From: Kofleriaceae bacterium
GTDB lineage: Bacteria; Myxococcota_A; Polyangia; Haliangiales; Haliangiaceae
Assembly (NCBI GenBank): GCA_965215005.1
Contig: CBDCCZ010000001.1
Coordinates: 32,001-96,000 of the forward strand
Reading direction: 5' to 3'
Length of the DNA stretch: 64,000 nt
Shown: one piece after another, positions 1 to 11,495 of the stretch
Numbering within the stretch: the first letter of the stretch is position 1
How the letters are laid out: each line of letters opens with the position of its first letter
Program-made: the position numbers and the translations under genes
Notes under the pieces: generated by a model
The model's database searches: none
Seen by the model: the letters and a program-made list of their open reading frames with translations, nothing else
Told to the model about the DNA's origin: nothing

Positions 1-3000
1 GGAGAGCCAGAGTCATTACGATTCGAGATGCCAGCAACGACGCGCAATGTCACCAGCTGCCCCTGCTCATGACGCACGCGCAGCTCCATGGTGCAGCGAC
101 CGCGACCGTGAGCGATAAACTCGCTGTAGGAACGCTCGACCCGCGAGAATTCCACTGGGTCGATGCGCTCCTGTAGCCACGGAAGCAGGCCCCGGTGGTC
201 GGGGATGTCCTCGAGCTCGACGCCGAGGAGCTCGGCAAGACGATGGTTGATGAAGGTGTAGCCATCGAGCGGTAGGCGGTGTTGCAACACGCCGGCTTCG
301 GAGGCATCGATAGCGAGCTGCAAGCGGCGCTCACGATCTTCGAGCGTGCGGCGAGTTCGCACCTGTTCGGAGACGTCAAAGGAGAAGCTCATTACTCCTT
401 GAACGGTGCCGTCGGTGTCGAACCAGGGCTGCATGATCTGGTTGAAGAAGCCTGATTCGGTGTGGCCATCGCGCAGCCAGGTGTACTCAACCTCGGCAGC
501 GGCAGAAGGATTGCCGGTTCGGTAGACGTAGTCGAAGCGCTCAAACAACCCCTGATCGACGAGCTCGGGGAGGACCTCCTTCAGGGGCAAGCCGAGCATC
601 GGCTTGCCGACGGCGCGCAGCGCTAGCTCGTTGATGAACTCGCACACGTGGTTCGGGCCGCGGTGAACGGTGATGTTTGCGGGGGCCTGCGCGAACAGCC
701 GAAACAGCTGCTCGCGGGCGGCTTCGGCCTCGAGCCGCAGCGCTGCCGTGTGCTCGAGCAAGCGGTCTCGTTCGTTCTCGGCCAGACGTTGCTCGGTAAC
801 GTCTGCGACCGTGCAGCTGATGGCTTCGACGAAACCCTCGCGAATCACTGGCACGTAGCTGCAGCGCCAGAATCGCTGCTCCTCCCCGGTGCCAGAACGG
901 ATGCCGCTGACTTCGATATCGAGCAAGCTGCGACCGGTCTCGAGAACGTCGTGGAGCGGCGGTATCAAGTCGGCGGCGAGCTCGGGGAGCATTTCGCTCA
1001 CCGAGCGGCCGAGGTGCTGCGCGGGCAGATTGCCGTTGAACAGCGCCATGCGCTCATTGATGCTCAGATAGCGCAGCTCACGATCGAGCAGCGCAAGCCC
1101 CACCGGAACGCTGCTATAGATGGTTTCGAGCTCGAGAGCTTTTCGCCGCTGCTCCGCCTCGCTAGCGCGCAGGCGCTCGTCGGCACCGAGCCTACCGGCC
1201 GCGGCGGCGACCAGGTTGGCGACCGACTGCAAGAAGTTGGCGTCGTCGGCGGTGAAGTTGCGCGCTGCGGTGGTGTGCGCGCCGATCACGCCGTACGGCA
1301 TGCCGCCATTGCGGATGACACAGCTGAGGCCACTAACGACCTGATGCTCTTCCAGCAGCGGCGGCCCGCGAAATCGCATCTCGGTAGCAAGATCGGCAAC
1401 GATCACCGGCATCGCGGTGCTCAGCGTATAGCCGGCTTGTGAGCCGCTCTCGGCGGGCACGTACGCTTGACCGACGAGTCCTTCGTGCCAGCCCTCGCCG
1501 GAGCGAAGCAGCAGACGGTCACCTTCCGGGGTGAGCTCGAGGATCTTGCAGAGCTCGACGTCGAGCAGGCGACGGACGACCCCCACGACCTCATCGAGGA
1601 GCGCATCGAGCTCGCTCACCGCCAGCGCGCGCAGCCCCAGGCGTGCCACCGCTTCCTGCTGCCTCTGACGCACGAGAACCTGCTCGGAGGCGCGCTTGAT
1701 GTCGGTGACGTCGTGAAATGCGATCACCACGCCTTGGATGCGATTGTGCTCGGTGCGGTACGGCAGGACGCGGCGCGAGAGCCATTGCTGGCCCGCGGCT
1801 AGCTCGGCCTCGCGAGGACGAAGGTCGTCGAGCACGGCTTCGATCGCAGCGGCAAGATCATTGTCGAAGAGGGGGCGAGCGATGTCGTCGATGCAGCGGC
1901 CGAGGTCCTCATCGGAGAGTCGCAGCAGGGTCTTGGCGGCGGGCGTGAGGCGCTTTATGCAGCGACTCTCATCGAGAAACACCGTGGCAAGCTTGGTGCT
2001 GGCAAAGAAGTTGACCAAGTCGTCATGCGCTTCTTCGAGCTGAGTCACCTTCTCTTGTAGCTGCACATTGACGGTGGTGACTTCTTCATTGAGCGCACGG
2101 AGCTCTTCTGTGGTGGCCTCGAGCTCTTCATTTGCCGACTGCAGCTCCTCATTCATCGACACCGACTCTTCATGCGCTGCACGGAGCTCGTCGGTAGAGG
2201 ACTCGAGCTCTTCGACCGTCGCTCGCAGATCCTCGCGCGTCGCTCTGAGCTCTCGTTCGAGCTGCTCGCTGATGGCCGCGCTGGTGGCATCGAGCTGCAC
2301 CACGTCGTGTGCTTCGGCTGCTGCGCGCTGAAACGAAACCACCATCGCAGCATCCTCGAACGCCTCGGTGGCAACCGGCCGCACGCAGATTCGCAGGTGC
2401 TCGGCCTCGCCCTCGCCGTCGCGCAGGGCCGTGACCTCGACCGGCTCGCGGTCGCGCCGGCCCTTGTAGATCGCCGCGCGCACCCGCACGCGCAAATCCT
2501 CGCGCAGCATGGTCAACAGCTCGAGGCGTGGCTCGCCGGCGGTGATGCCAAGATAGGGGGTAAGGTCGCCGTGGACGTAAAGCACGTGGTCGTCGCGGTC
2601 GACGATGACGGACGGTGGAACCCAGCTTTGGACCAACTCGGCCCGCGCCAGCTCTGACATGCTCGCGTCTTGCGAGCGTCGACGCGGGATCGGTTGTTCG
2701 ATGGCCTCTACGACTCCATCGGGACGAGTGTAGCGGCGTGCGCGCGCAGCGACGCGCCGGTCAGATGCTGCCGAAACTTTGCGCCGGAAGATGCGCCAGG
2801 TCTTGGAAACCGGCGTAAACAGCTCCCCTGCGGCGCTCTGCGACTCGGAGCTGCCGAGAAACAAGAGCCCACCGGGCCGCAGCGCGAAGTGCAACAGGTC
2901 GAGTACCTGCGTTTGAGTCTCGCGGCGCAAATAGATGAGGACGTTGCGGCAGCTGACCAAATCGAGACGCGAGAACGGCGGATCGGCGGTGAGATCGTGA

Positions 3001-4217
3001 AGCGCAAACGAGACGCAGTCTCGCACCCGCTGCTCGACTTGAATGCCCCGCTCGGTGGGCGCTCGAAAGAACCGCTCGAGACGTTGCGGCTCGATGGTGG
3101 CGGTAGCCGACGCGGAGTAGATACCGGCGCGGGCGATGGCCAGCGCATCGGCGTCGACGTCGGTGGCGAAGATCTGCACCCCAACGGATCGACTGCTGTG
3201 CTCGATGGCTTCGAGCAGCAAGATGGCGAGCGAGTACGCCTCTTCGCCGGTCGCGCAGCCAGGCACCCACGCGCGCACGACTTCTCCTGACGGCGCGTCT
3301 CGAATCAGCGTAGCAAGGTGCTCACCGATTGCGGCAAAGGCGTCTGCGTCGCGGAAGAACTCGGTAACCCGGATGAGCAGATCGTTGACGAGCTGCTGGC
3401 GTTCCTCGTCGTCTTGCTGCAGGCGCGTCACGTACGTGGCGCTGTCTTGTGAGCCGGTGATGCCCATGCGGCGGGCGATGCGTCGGCGCACGGTGCCTTG
3501 CTTGTAGCGAGCGAGGTCGAGGTTGGCGTGCTCGCGTAGCAGCACGATGATCTGCGCCAGGTGCTCATCCGAGAGGAATTGGCGGAGCTCATCGGCGTGC
3601 ACTCGTGGCCGAACCGGACTGCCAGCGTAGCGTCCCAAGATGGTGGGAATCTCCTCGAGCGAGCGCACCAACTCGACCACGCCGGCTTCGATGGCGTGGC
3701 GCGGCATCTGCGGGTTGTGGGCCGTGTGCGGCTCTTGCGCAATGGTTAGGCCACCGGCGGCGCGAATCGCGCGAAGGCCGGCGGTTCCGTCGCTGCCGCC
3801 GCCCGAGAGCAGCACGCCCACGGCAAACTCGCCGTGCTCATCGGCGAGCGAGCGAAACAATGTGTCGATGGCTGCCCGCGAATCAGAGGGCGAGGCCAAG
3901 CGCTCGACGCGGAGGCAGCCTGCTTCGACGCGCAGCAGGGTGCCGGGGGCGATGGTGTAGACGTGGTCAGGCAGCAGCGGCTGGCCGTCGCGAGCTTCCT
4001 CGAGCGTGAGGGTGGTGTGCGACGCGAGTAGCTCGGCGAGCAAGCTCTCGTGGCTAGGATCGAGATGCTGAGCAACGAGGAGCGTGAGCGCTGCCGCGCT
4101 GTCGCTGTCGATGCCACTCAAGAGGCGGCGAAACGCTTCGAGACCCCCGGCAGAGGCACCGACGCCGACGATGAGGGGCGCGGGAGCATCGCGGGGCTCT
4201 TGAGCTTCGCGAATCAT
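1..4217 (-). CDS. CheB-CheR fusion with PAS/GAF domains (3' end outside window; probably continues into a histidine kinase)
   Basis: Not in the ORF track because no stop lies in the window. Translating from ATG 4217 gives MIREAQ..LIVGVGASAGGLEAF, QHLDP, LLSGGGSDG (CheB S-H-D), then VTEFFRD, WVPGCATGEEAYS, IFATDVD, DLVSCRNVLIY (CheR), a NEELQSANEEL coiled coil, PAS, GAF and three more PAS-like segments. Confidence 0.92.
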   Translation of the reverse strand, partial: MIREAQEPRDAPAPLIVGVGASAGGLEAFRRLLSGIDSDSAAALTLLVAQHLDPSHESLLAELLASHTTLTLEEARDGQPLLPDHVYTIAPGTLLRVEAGCLRVERLASPSDSRAAIDTLFRSLADEHGEFAVGVLLSGGGSDGTAGLRAIRAAGGLTIAQEPHTAHNPQMPRHAIEAGVVELVRSLEEIPTILGRYAGSPVRPRVHADELRQFLSDEHLAQIIVLLREHANLDLARYKQGTVRRRIARRMGITGSQDSATYVTRLQQDDEERQQLVNDLLIRVTEFFRDADAFAAIGEHLATLIRDAPSGEVVRAWVPGCATGEEAYSLAILLLEAIEHSSRSVGVQIFATDVDADALAIARAGIYSASATATIEPQRLERFFRAPTERGIQVEQRVRDCVSFALHDLTADPPFSRLDLVSCRNVLIYLRRETQTQVLDLLHFALRPGGLLFLGSSESQSAAGELFTPVSKTWRIFRRKVSAASDRRVAARARRYTRPDGVVEAIEQPIPRRRSQDASMSELARAELVQSWVPPSVIVDRDDHVLYVHGDLTPYLGITAGEPRLELLTMLREDLRVRVRAAIYKGRRDREPVEVTALRDGEGEAEHLRICVRPVATEAFEDAAMVVSFQRAAAEAHDVVQLDATSAAISEQLERELRATREDLRATVEELESSTDELRAAHEESVSMNEELQSANEELEATTEELRALNEEVTTVNVQLQEKVTQLEEAHDDLVNFFASTKLATVFLDESRCIKRLTPAAKTLLRLSDEDLGRCIDDIARPLFDNDLAAAIEAVLDDLRPREAELAAGQQWLSRRVLPYRTEHNRIQGVVIAFHDVTDIKRASEQVLVRQRQQEAVARLGLRALAVSELDALLDEVVGVVRRLLDVELCKILELTPEGDRLLLRSGEGWHEGLVGQAYVPAESGSQAGYTLSTAMPVIVADLATEMRFRGPPLLEEHQVVSGLSCVIRNGGMPYGVIGAHTTAARNFTADDANFLQSVANLVAAAAGRLGADERLRASEAEQRRKALELETIYSSVPVGLALLDRELRYLSINERMALFNGNLPAQHLGRSVSEMLPELAADLIPPLHDVLETGRSLLDIEVSGIRSGTGEEQRFWRCSYVPVIREGFVEAISCTVADVTEQRLAENERDRLLEHTAALRLEAEAAREQLFRLFAQAPANITVHRGPNHVCEFINELALRAVGKPMLGLPLKEVLPELVDQGLFERFDYVYRTGNPSAAAEVEYTWLRDGHTESGFFNQIMQPWFDTDGTVQGVMSFSFDVSEQVRTRRTLEDRERRLQLAIDASEAGVLQHRLPLDGYTFINHRLAELLGVELEDIPDHRGLLPWLQERIDPVEFSRVERSYSEFIAHGRGRCTMELRVRHEQGQLVTLRVVAGISNRNDSGS

Positions 4218-4419
4218 CCGCGGACCTCGCGCCAAACCGGCGCCGGCGGGCTGCTTAGCACGCCCCGCTCGAGGTCTGCGACGAGCGGAGCGGGCGAGGC
4301 AGACACCGAAAGTGATCGAGTCGCGGGACTACGAATGTACATGCAATAGGCTCGCAAGGAGGCTTGAGCGGCAGCACAGCGGAGGAACCGTCTGTTCGCC
4401 AGACTGGCCAAAGCGATGG

Positions 4420-5475
4420 CTACTCTATATCAGGAGTGGTGATGTCTGGAGTCGTGATGTCTGGAGTCGTGATGTCTGGAGTCGTGATGTCTGGAGTCGT
4501 GATATCTGGAGTTCTGATCGCGTCGTCGTCGGCTTGCGTGGAAGTGGCGGTCTGCGGCATGCGGAAGTAGTAGAAGTAGCCGGGCGTAGCCGCGCGTCGC
4601 GCGCGTGCCTCGGGCGCGTCAAAGCCAGGCGGGGGTGCGTTGACATTGTTGCGTTGCGCGTTTGAGTTGATGCCGGGCGCGGGCGCGTTGCGGTTGATGC
4701 CGGGCGCGGGTGCGTTGCGGTTGATGCCGGGCGCGGGTGCGTTGCGGTTGATGCCGGGCGCGGGTGCGTTTGAGTTGATGCCGGGCGCGGGTGCGTTTGA
4801 GTTGATGCCGGGCGCGGGCGCGTTTGAGTTGATGCCGGGCGCGGGCGCGTTTGAGTTGATGCCGGGCGCGGGCGCGTTTGAGTTGATGCCGGGCGCGGGT
4901 GCGTTGGAGTTAACGCCGGGCGCGGGTGCGTTGCGGTTGATGCCGGGCGCGGGCGCGTTGACGTTGTTGCGTTGAGCGTTGGAGTTGATGCCCGGGGCGG
5001 GTGCGTTGACGTTGTTGCGTTGAGCGTTGGAGTTGATGCTCGGGGCGGGCGCGTTGACGTTGTTGCGTTGAGCGTTGTCGCTGCCTGGCGCGGCTGGGTT
5101 GGAGTTAATGCCCGGCGCGGGTGCAACGTTGTTGTTGCGTTGCGGCGCGAGATTCTGAGCATTGTCAGCGGTCCCGATGGGCGCGCGCCCGCGCAGGTTG
5201 GCGCCGGTTGACGGCTGTAGGTTCGCCGGCTCGGTTGCCAGATTCGGTGCCCGATTCGTCACGGCTTCCCCTGTGGTCGTTGGGACTGCAGCGGCGCCAG
5301 TCACCGATACACCTGTTGCGGATGGCCCCTCGTCGACGACTTTGGGCGCTGGCGCCCCTTCGCCCGTCACCGCGGTGTCGTCCGCGGGAGCCGGGGCAAT
5401 TCGTTCGCTGCCGTTGTTGCAACCAGCTAGCGTGACCGTCGCGAGCAACATGCAGAGTCGGCTTGAGCGCAGCAT
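4420..5475 (-). CDS. Low-complexity tandem-repeat lipoprotein (APAPGINSN and TPDIT repeats)
   Basis: Signal and lipobox LLATVTLAGC after Met 5475; sigma54-like promoter immediately upstream; repeats are in frame. Confidence 0.75.
   Translation of the reverse strand: MLRSSRLCMLLATVTLAGCNNGSERIAPAPADDTAVTGEGAPAPKVVDEGPSATGVSVTGAAAVPTTTGEAVTNRAPNLATEPANLQPSTGANLRGRAPIGTADNAQNLAPQRNNNVAPAPGINSNPAAPGSDNAQRNNVNAPAPSINSNAQRNNVNAPAPGINSNAQRNNVNAPAPGINRNAPAPGVNSNAPAPGINSNAPAPGINSNAPAPGINSNAPAPGINSNAPAPGINSNAPAPGINRNAPAPGINRNAPAPGINRNAPAPGINSNAQRNNVNAPPPGFDAPEARARRAATPGYFYYFRMPQTATSTQADDDAIRTPDITTPDITTPDITTPDITTPDITTPDIE
4423..4512. repeat. 15-bp tandem repeat x6 (GATGTCTGGAGTCGT), encodes TPDIT
   Basis: Directly visible; four perfect central copies, degenerate flanks. 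Confidence 0.95.
4660..5073. repeat. 27-bp tandem repeat x11 (4660-4956) followed by 48-bp composite units
   Basis: GTTGATGCCGGGCGCGGG(T/C)GCGTT.. units encode APAPGIN(S/R)N; 48-bp units encode AQRNNVNAPAPGINSN. Confidence 0.95.
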
Positions 5476-5488
5476 GAGATGTCGCACT

Positions 5489-5505
5489 GGCAACCAATGT
5501 GCCAA
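5489..5505 (-). promoter_or_regulatory. sigma54 (-24/-12) promoter
   Basis: Minus strand TTGGCACattggTTGCC matches TGGCAC-N5-TTGC. Confidence 0.7.
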
Positions 5506-5602
5506 CCGAGGCAAGCACAGCTGTCGCCGCAACGGACCTTTGGCGGGTGGCAATCAGCCGCACTGAGATCATTTTGCGTTGCTCCCTCACGCAACGCTCC
5601 AA

Positions 5603-5652
5603 GCCGCCGGTCCCGCTCCTACGCCGCCGCCGGTCCCGCTCCTACGCCGCCG
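5603..5652. repeat. 23-bp intergenic tandem duplication
   Basis: GCCGCCGGTCCCGCTCCTACGCC x2. Confidence 0.9.
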
Positions 5653-5752
5653 CGTGCGTCTCAGATCCCTTTGCCTGAGCCGCGCGGGCTAGCCTGGCCG
5701 AGCTTAGCCCCGCGCTAGTTAGCCTAGGCGACTGAGCGTGAGTCGCAGCGCC

Positions 5753-8182
<2,430 letters not shown>

Positions 8183-8196
8183 GGAGCTTTGCAGGC

Positions 8197-8212
8197 AGCA
8201 AGGCGCATGCCT
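8197..8212 (-). promoter_or_regulatory. sigma54-like promoter
   Basis: Minus strand AGGCATgcgccTTGCT (GG-N10-GC). Confidence 0.6.
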
Positions 8213-8373
8213 TACGCTCGCTGAGCAATTTTAGTGAGTTACGCGAGAGTTGCGGGGACTTCCCACCGCAGTGGTGGGGGCTCTCGCCCTAGAGCGGCGG
8301 AACCAGCCCCAGTCAAAAGACGGGGTGTTTCGGTTACATATCCGGTGGCTGCTGCCCAACCGACCCGGTCTGT

Positions 8374-9072
8374 TCAGCTCGTCTCCACGTGCGCCGCAAA
8401 GAAGCCCGCCACTTGCTCCATGAGCTCGTCGATGGTGGCGCCGGTGACGTCGATGGGGGCGCCAAATACCACGCGCACCCGCTGATGGGTCATCATCCGC
8501 ACGCTTCCTGGAGGCAGCACCCGATGGGTGCCACTGATCGCGAGCGGCACGATCGGAGTCGCGGTGGACTTCGCGAGGTGAAAGCCGCCTTTCTTGAGCG
8601 GCCCCAGGGCTCCGGTCCGCGAGCGGCTCCCCTCAGGCGCGATCCACACGCTCACTCCCTCGGCCATGCGCGAGGCGGCACTGGTGAGACTGTCGATCGC
8701 GCGGGCGCGGTTGCGACGGTCGACCTCGACCATGCCAGCAGCTCGCATCCCACGTCCCCACACCGGAATGCGGAACAGCTCACTTTTGGTCACCATGCGA
8801 ATCGAGGTAGCCGGCACCACATGACACAGCACCGGGATGTCGACGTGGCTCTGGTGATTCGACATGTAAACGAACGCGCGATCGCTCGGCACTAGCTCGC
8901 GGCCGCTCACCTCGAGCTCGATCGCCGCCTCTTCGACGACCCGGCGGCCCACTTGCCGCATCCGCGCGTCGACGCGCTCCCGAGGCGCAGGCCCGCGCAG
9001 CCCTTCGAGGTACGTCGGCACCGCTGCACGGGCGAGGTAGTACAGCGTGCGCATACTCAGCCCGAGACCCAT
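8374..9072 (-). CDS. plsC: 1-acyl-sn-glycerol-3-phosphate acyltransferase family protein
   Basis: SNHQSHVD (HxxxxD), APEGSRS, KKGGF; start moved to Met 9072. Confidence 0.9.
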   Translation of the reverse strand: MGLGLSMRTLYYLARAAVPTYLEGLRGPAPRERVDARMRQVGRRVVEEAAIELEVSGRELVPSDRAFVYMSNHQSHVDIPVLCHVVPATSIRMVTKSELFRIPVWGRGMRAAGMVEVDRRNRARAIDSLTSAASRMAEGVSVWIAPEGSRSRTGALGPLKKGGFHLAKSTATPIVPLAISGTHRVLPPGSVRMMTHQRVRVVFGAPIDVTGATIDELMEQVAGFFAAHVETS

Positions 9073-9298
9073 CGGACGAAATCCTACCCGATCGGTCGCG
9101 CTGGGTCGTCTTCTGATAGCGCCTCCTTGGCGTGGCGGACGTGCGGCTGCGACACGCGCGAATCGCGAGCTGCGACTCTTCTGACACAACTGGGCGGCCG
9201 ATTCGCGGGCAAACCGCGTCGTGGGCATTCTCTGAGTACGGTACGCGGCTTGCTCACTGTCAGGCCGCATGAAGGTTCCCTCTGAAGCCACGGAGCCG

Positions 9299-10246
9299 AT
9301 GCCACCCCATCGAACCACGCAAGAGCGCCCGCGCCGCCGAGCGCTATTTCTTCGTAACAAGCACGCCCGTATGGGCAACGAGGATTCCTCCGCCGCCTGC
9401 GAGTCGCTCCGCGAGGAGGGCGTCGCGGTAACCGAGCCGGACATCGACGATCCCGACCGCATCCCGGAGATGATTCGCCAGCAGGCCCACGAGTACGACC
9501 TCGTGATCCTGGGTGGCGGCGACGGCACCATCAACAGTGCAGCGCCTGCGTTGATCGAGACGGGGGTTCCGTTGGGGATTCTGCCCATGGGTACCGCCAA
9601 CGATCTGGCGCGCACGCTCCTCATCCCTCAGGATATGACGGCAGCTTGTGACATCATCGCTTCGGGGACGCTGCACGCGATTGATGTGGGCGAGGTCAAC
9701 GGACATCCGTTTTTCAATACGGCTGGGATGGGACTCTCGAGTGCGGTTACCAAGACCATTTCCAACGCCACCAAGAGCCGTTGGGGTATTTTCGCGTACG
9801 CCGGCGCGATGCTCGACGCCTACAAGCGACAGCGTCCCTTCGAAGCGACCGTTGAAACGGAAGACCGCTGCCTGCGCATGCAGTCGCTGCAATTGACCAT
9901 CGCCAATGGCCGGTACTACGGCGGTGGAATGACCGCCGCGGCCGACGCCGCCATCGACGATGGCACCTTTGATGTATTTTCTCTCGAGCCCGTGGGCCTC
10001 ATGCAGCTCGTCGCGATGGCGCCTTGGTTTCGCGCGGGCCTGCACGAGCGCTGGGACGCTGTGCAGGTGCTGCACGCCCACGAGATTCGCGTGCGCACCA
10101 ATCGACCCTTGCCTATATGCGCCGACGGCGAGATGGTCTCTCATACTCCGGCGCATTTTCGACTCCGACGCGGCGCGCTGCGGGTCTTCGTCCCGGACGA
10201 ATATCTGGCTACCCGTGACGAGGGAGGATCCGATGCTCCGCAGTGA
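9299..10246 (+). CDS. YegS/BmrU-like diacylglycerol kinase-family lipid kinase
   Basis: GGGDGT, ILPMGTANDLAR, NGRYYGGG, ADGE; GGAG before ATG 9299 (9269 is an alternative). Confidence 0.92.
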   Translation: MPPHRTTQERPRRRALFLRNKHARMGNEDSSAACESLREEGVAVTEPDIDDPDRIPEMIRQQAHEYDLVILGGGDGTINSAAPALIETGVPLGILPMGTANDLARTLLIPQDMTAACDIIASGTLHAIDVGEVNGHPFFNTAGMGLSSAVTKTISNATKSRWGIFAYAGAMLDAYKRQRPFEATVETEDRCLRMQSLQLTIANGRYYGGGMTAAADAAIDDGTFDVFSLEPVGLMQLVAMAPWFRAGLHERWDAVQVLHAHEIRVRTNRPLPICADGEMVSHTPAHFRLRRGALRVFVPDEYLATRDEGGSDAPQ

Positions 10247-10703
10247 TGCACAAGTAGCGGTTGACGATGTGGCGCTTGCCTGTCGTCGCGCTGAAATCGA
10301 TTATGCCGATAGCGCCGAGTTAGCGGGTGATGACGCCCTCGCCCACCTTTTTACGCGGCTGGGAAACGAGCGTAGGGCGATGGCCGAGGAGCTGGGGATG
10401 CGGCTCAAGGATCTGGGAGAGACGCCCACCGAGCCTGATCCCGATCGCCGCAGCCTCGCCAAGTTGGCGCGTCACATAAAGGTGGCAATGGTGAACGAGG
10501 AGCGGCTTACGCTGGTTCGCGAGCGTGAGCGCGCCGAAGAGGAGCTCGCCGAGCAAGTCGCGCGGACGCTCGAGCACGAGGTGCCGGAGACGACGCGCGC
10601 GACGCTGGAGCGGTTCGCTCGGCATGTCACGTGGACGTTAGAGCGGCTCGCCAGTGCCCGCTGCGAGCTCACTGCGGAGCACGCTTCTGGTGCCAGCGCG
10701 TAA
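10233..10703 (+). CDS. Ferritin-like four-helix protein (PA2169/DUF2383-like)
   Basis: GGAGG RBS, overlaps the kinase stop; pattern DY.DSAE..D..L..LF.RL..ERR..AEEL..RL.DLG.TP. Confidence 0.7.
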   Translation: MLRSDAQVAVDDVALACRRAEIDYADSAELAGDDALAHLFTRLGNERRAMAEELGMRLKDLGETPTEPDPDRRSLAKLARHIKVAMVNEERLTLVRERERAEEELAEQVARTLEHEVPETTRATLERFARHVTWTLERLASARCELTAEHASGASA

Positions 10704-10726
10704 TCCTGCCGGCGGCGCTGCAGCGA

Positions 10727-11443
10727 TCACTGCTTTGCCCGGAACGTGAAGCTCGCCTTCGCTGTTTTCCCGGGCTTCACCGTCACCTGAGCCTTCTCCA
10801 GTCCCAGCACCGGGTGCCACGCCTGAACCGTATAGGTGCCCGGTGGCACGTTCTTTAGAGTGAAACTGCCCTCGTCGCTGGTGACGTCGAAGTAGGGATG
10901 ATCGCTGATGACCGCCCATGCCGCCATCCATGGATGCACGTCGCAGTGTAGCGAGACGACTTGGCCCGCCTCGCCAAGATCGCTTCGCACGATGGGGGCG
11001 GCTTTGGGTGGCTGGCTCAGATTCCAAGCGATGCGCGCGCCGAGGTTGCCGCGAACGTTGTGAAACGTCGCGTCGCCGTTGACGATTTCCACCGACTGGC
11101 CCGCCATGACCCCGACGACGCGCGGCTCATACATGCAGTCGCGTTGCACCACCTTTACTGGCGCGGATGGAGCCGCGTGCGAGCCGGCGGTTCCCGGTGT
11201 GATCTGCACATGAACACCGGCGAGCTTGCCATTGGCTACGACGACGTCTTCGGCGAGCTTGGGTGTCTTGGCGCAGACCGGGTCGGTATGCCGGTCGAGC
11301 GGCGCGCGGGGGGGCGCTTTGCCGGCAAACGATACGGTCCCGGCGATTTCTCCGGGTTTGCCGGACTTGCCAGGTTTGGCGTGGACGGTCGTGGTGAGCC
11401 CGAGAACGGCGAGGGCGATGGTGAGCTGATGTCGGTAATTCAT
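10727..11443 (-). CDS. Secreted protein with cupredoxin-like and carboxypeptidase-regulatory-like domains
   Basis: Signal peptide; Q.DC.YEPRV, HNV, CDVHPWM, GSFTLKNVPPGTYTVQAWHP. Confidence 0.8.
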   Translation of the reverse strand: MNYRHQLTIALAVLGLTTTVHAKPGKSGKPGEIAGTVSFAGKAPPRAPLDRHTDPVCAKTPKLAEDVVVANGKLAGVHVQITPGTAGSHAAPSAPVKVVQRDCMYEPRVVGVMAGQSVEIVNGDATFHNVRGNLGARIAWNLSQPPKAAPIVRSDLGEAGQVVSLHCDVHPWMAAWAVISDHPYFDVTSDEGSFTLKNVPPGTYTVQAWHPVLGLEKAQVTVKPGKTAKASFTFRAKQ

Positions 11444-11495
11444 GACGTCCTTGGCAGCTACTGTTTCAGAGGAACGCTGCGCCGGCCAGGTCGAT

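Noticed and set aside
4423..5073. Regular repeats as a possible CRISPR array
   Set aside because: Units are directly adjacent with no unique spacers, lengths are multiples of 3 and in frame in a lipoprotein ORF, and no cas genes are present
9073..9624. N-terminal extension of the plsC ORF in the track (similar extensions on several other ORFs)
   Set aside because: Overlaps the divergent lipid kinase; a -10 box directly before Met 9072 supports the shorter start
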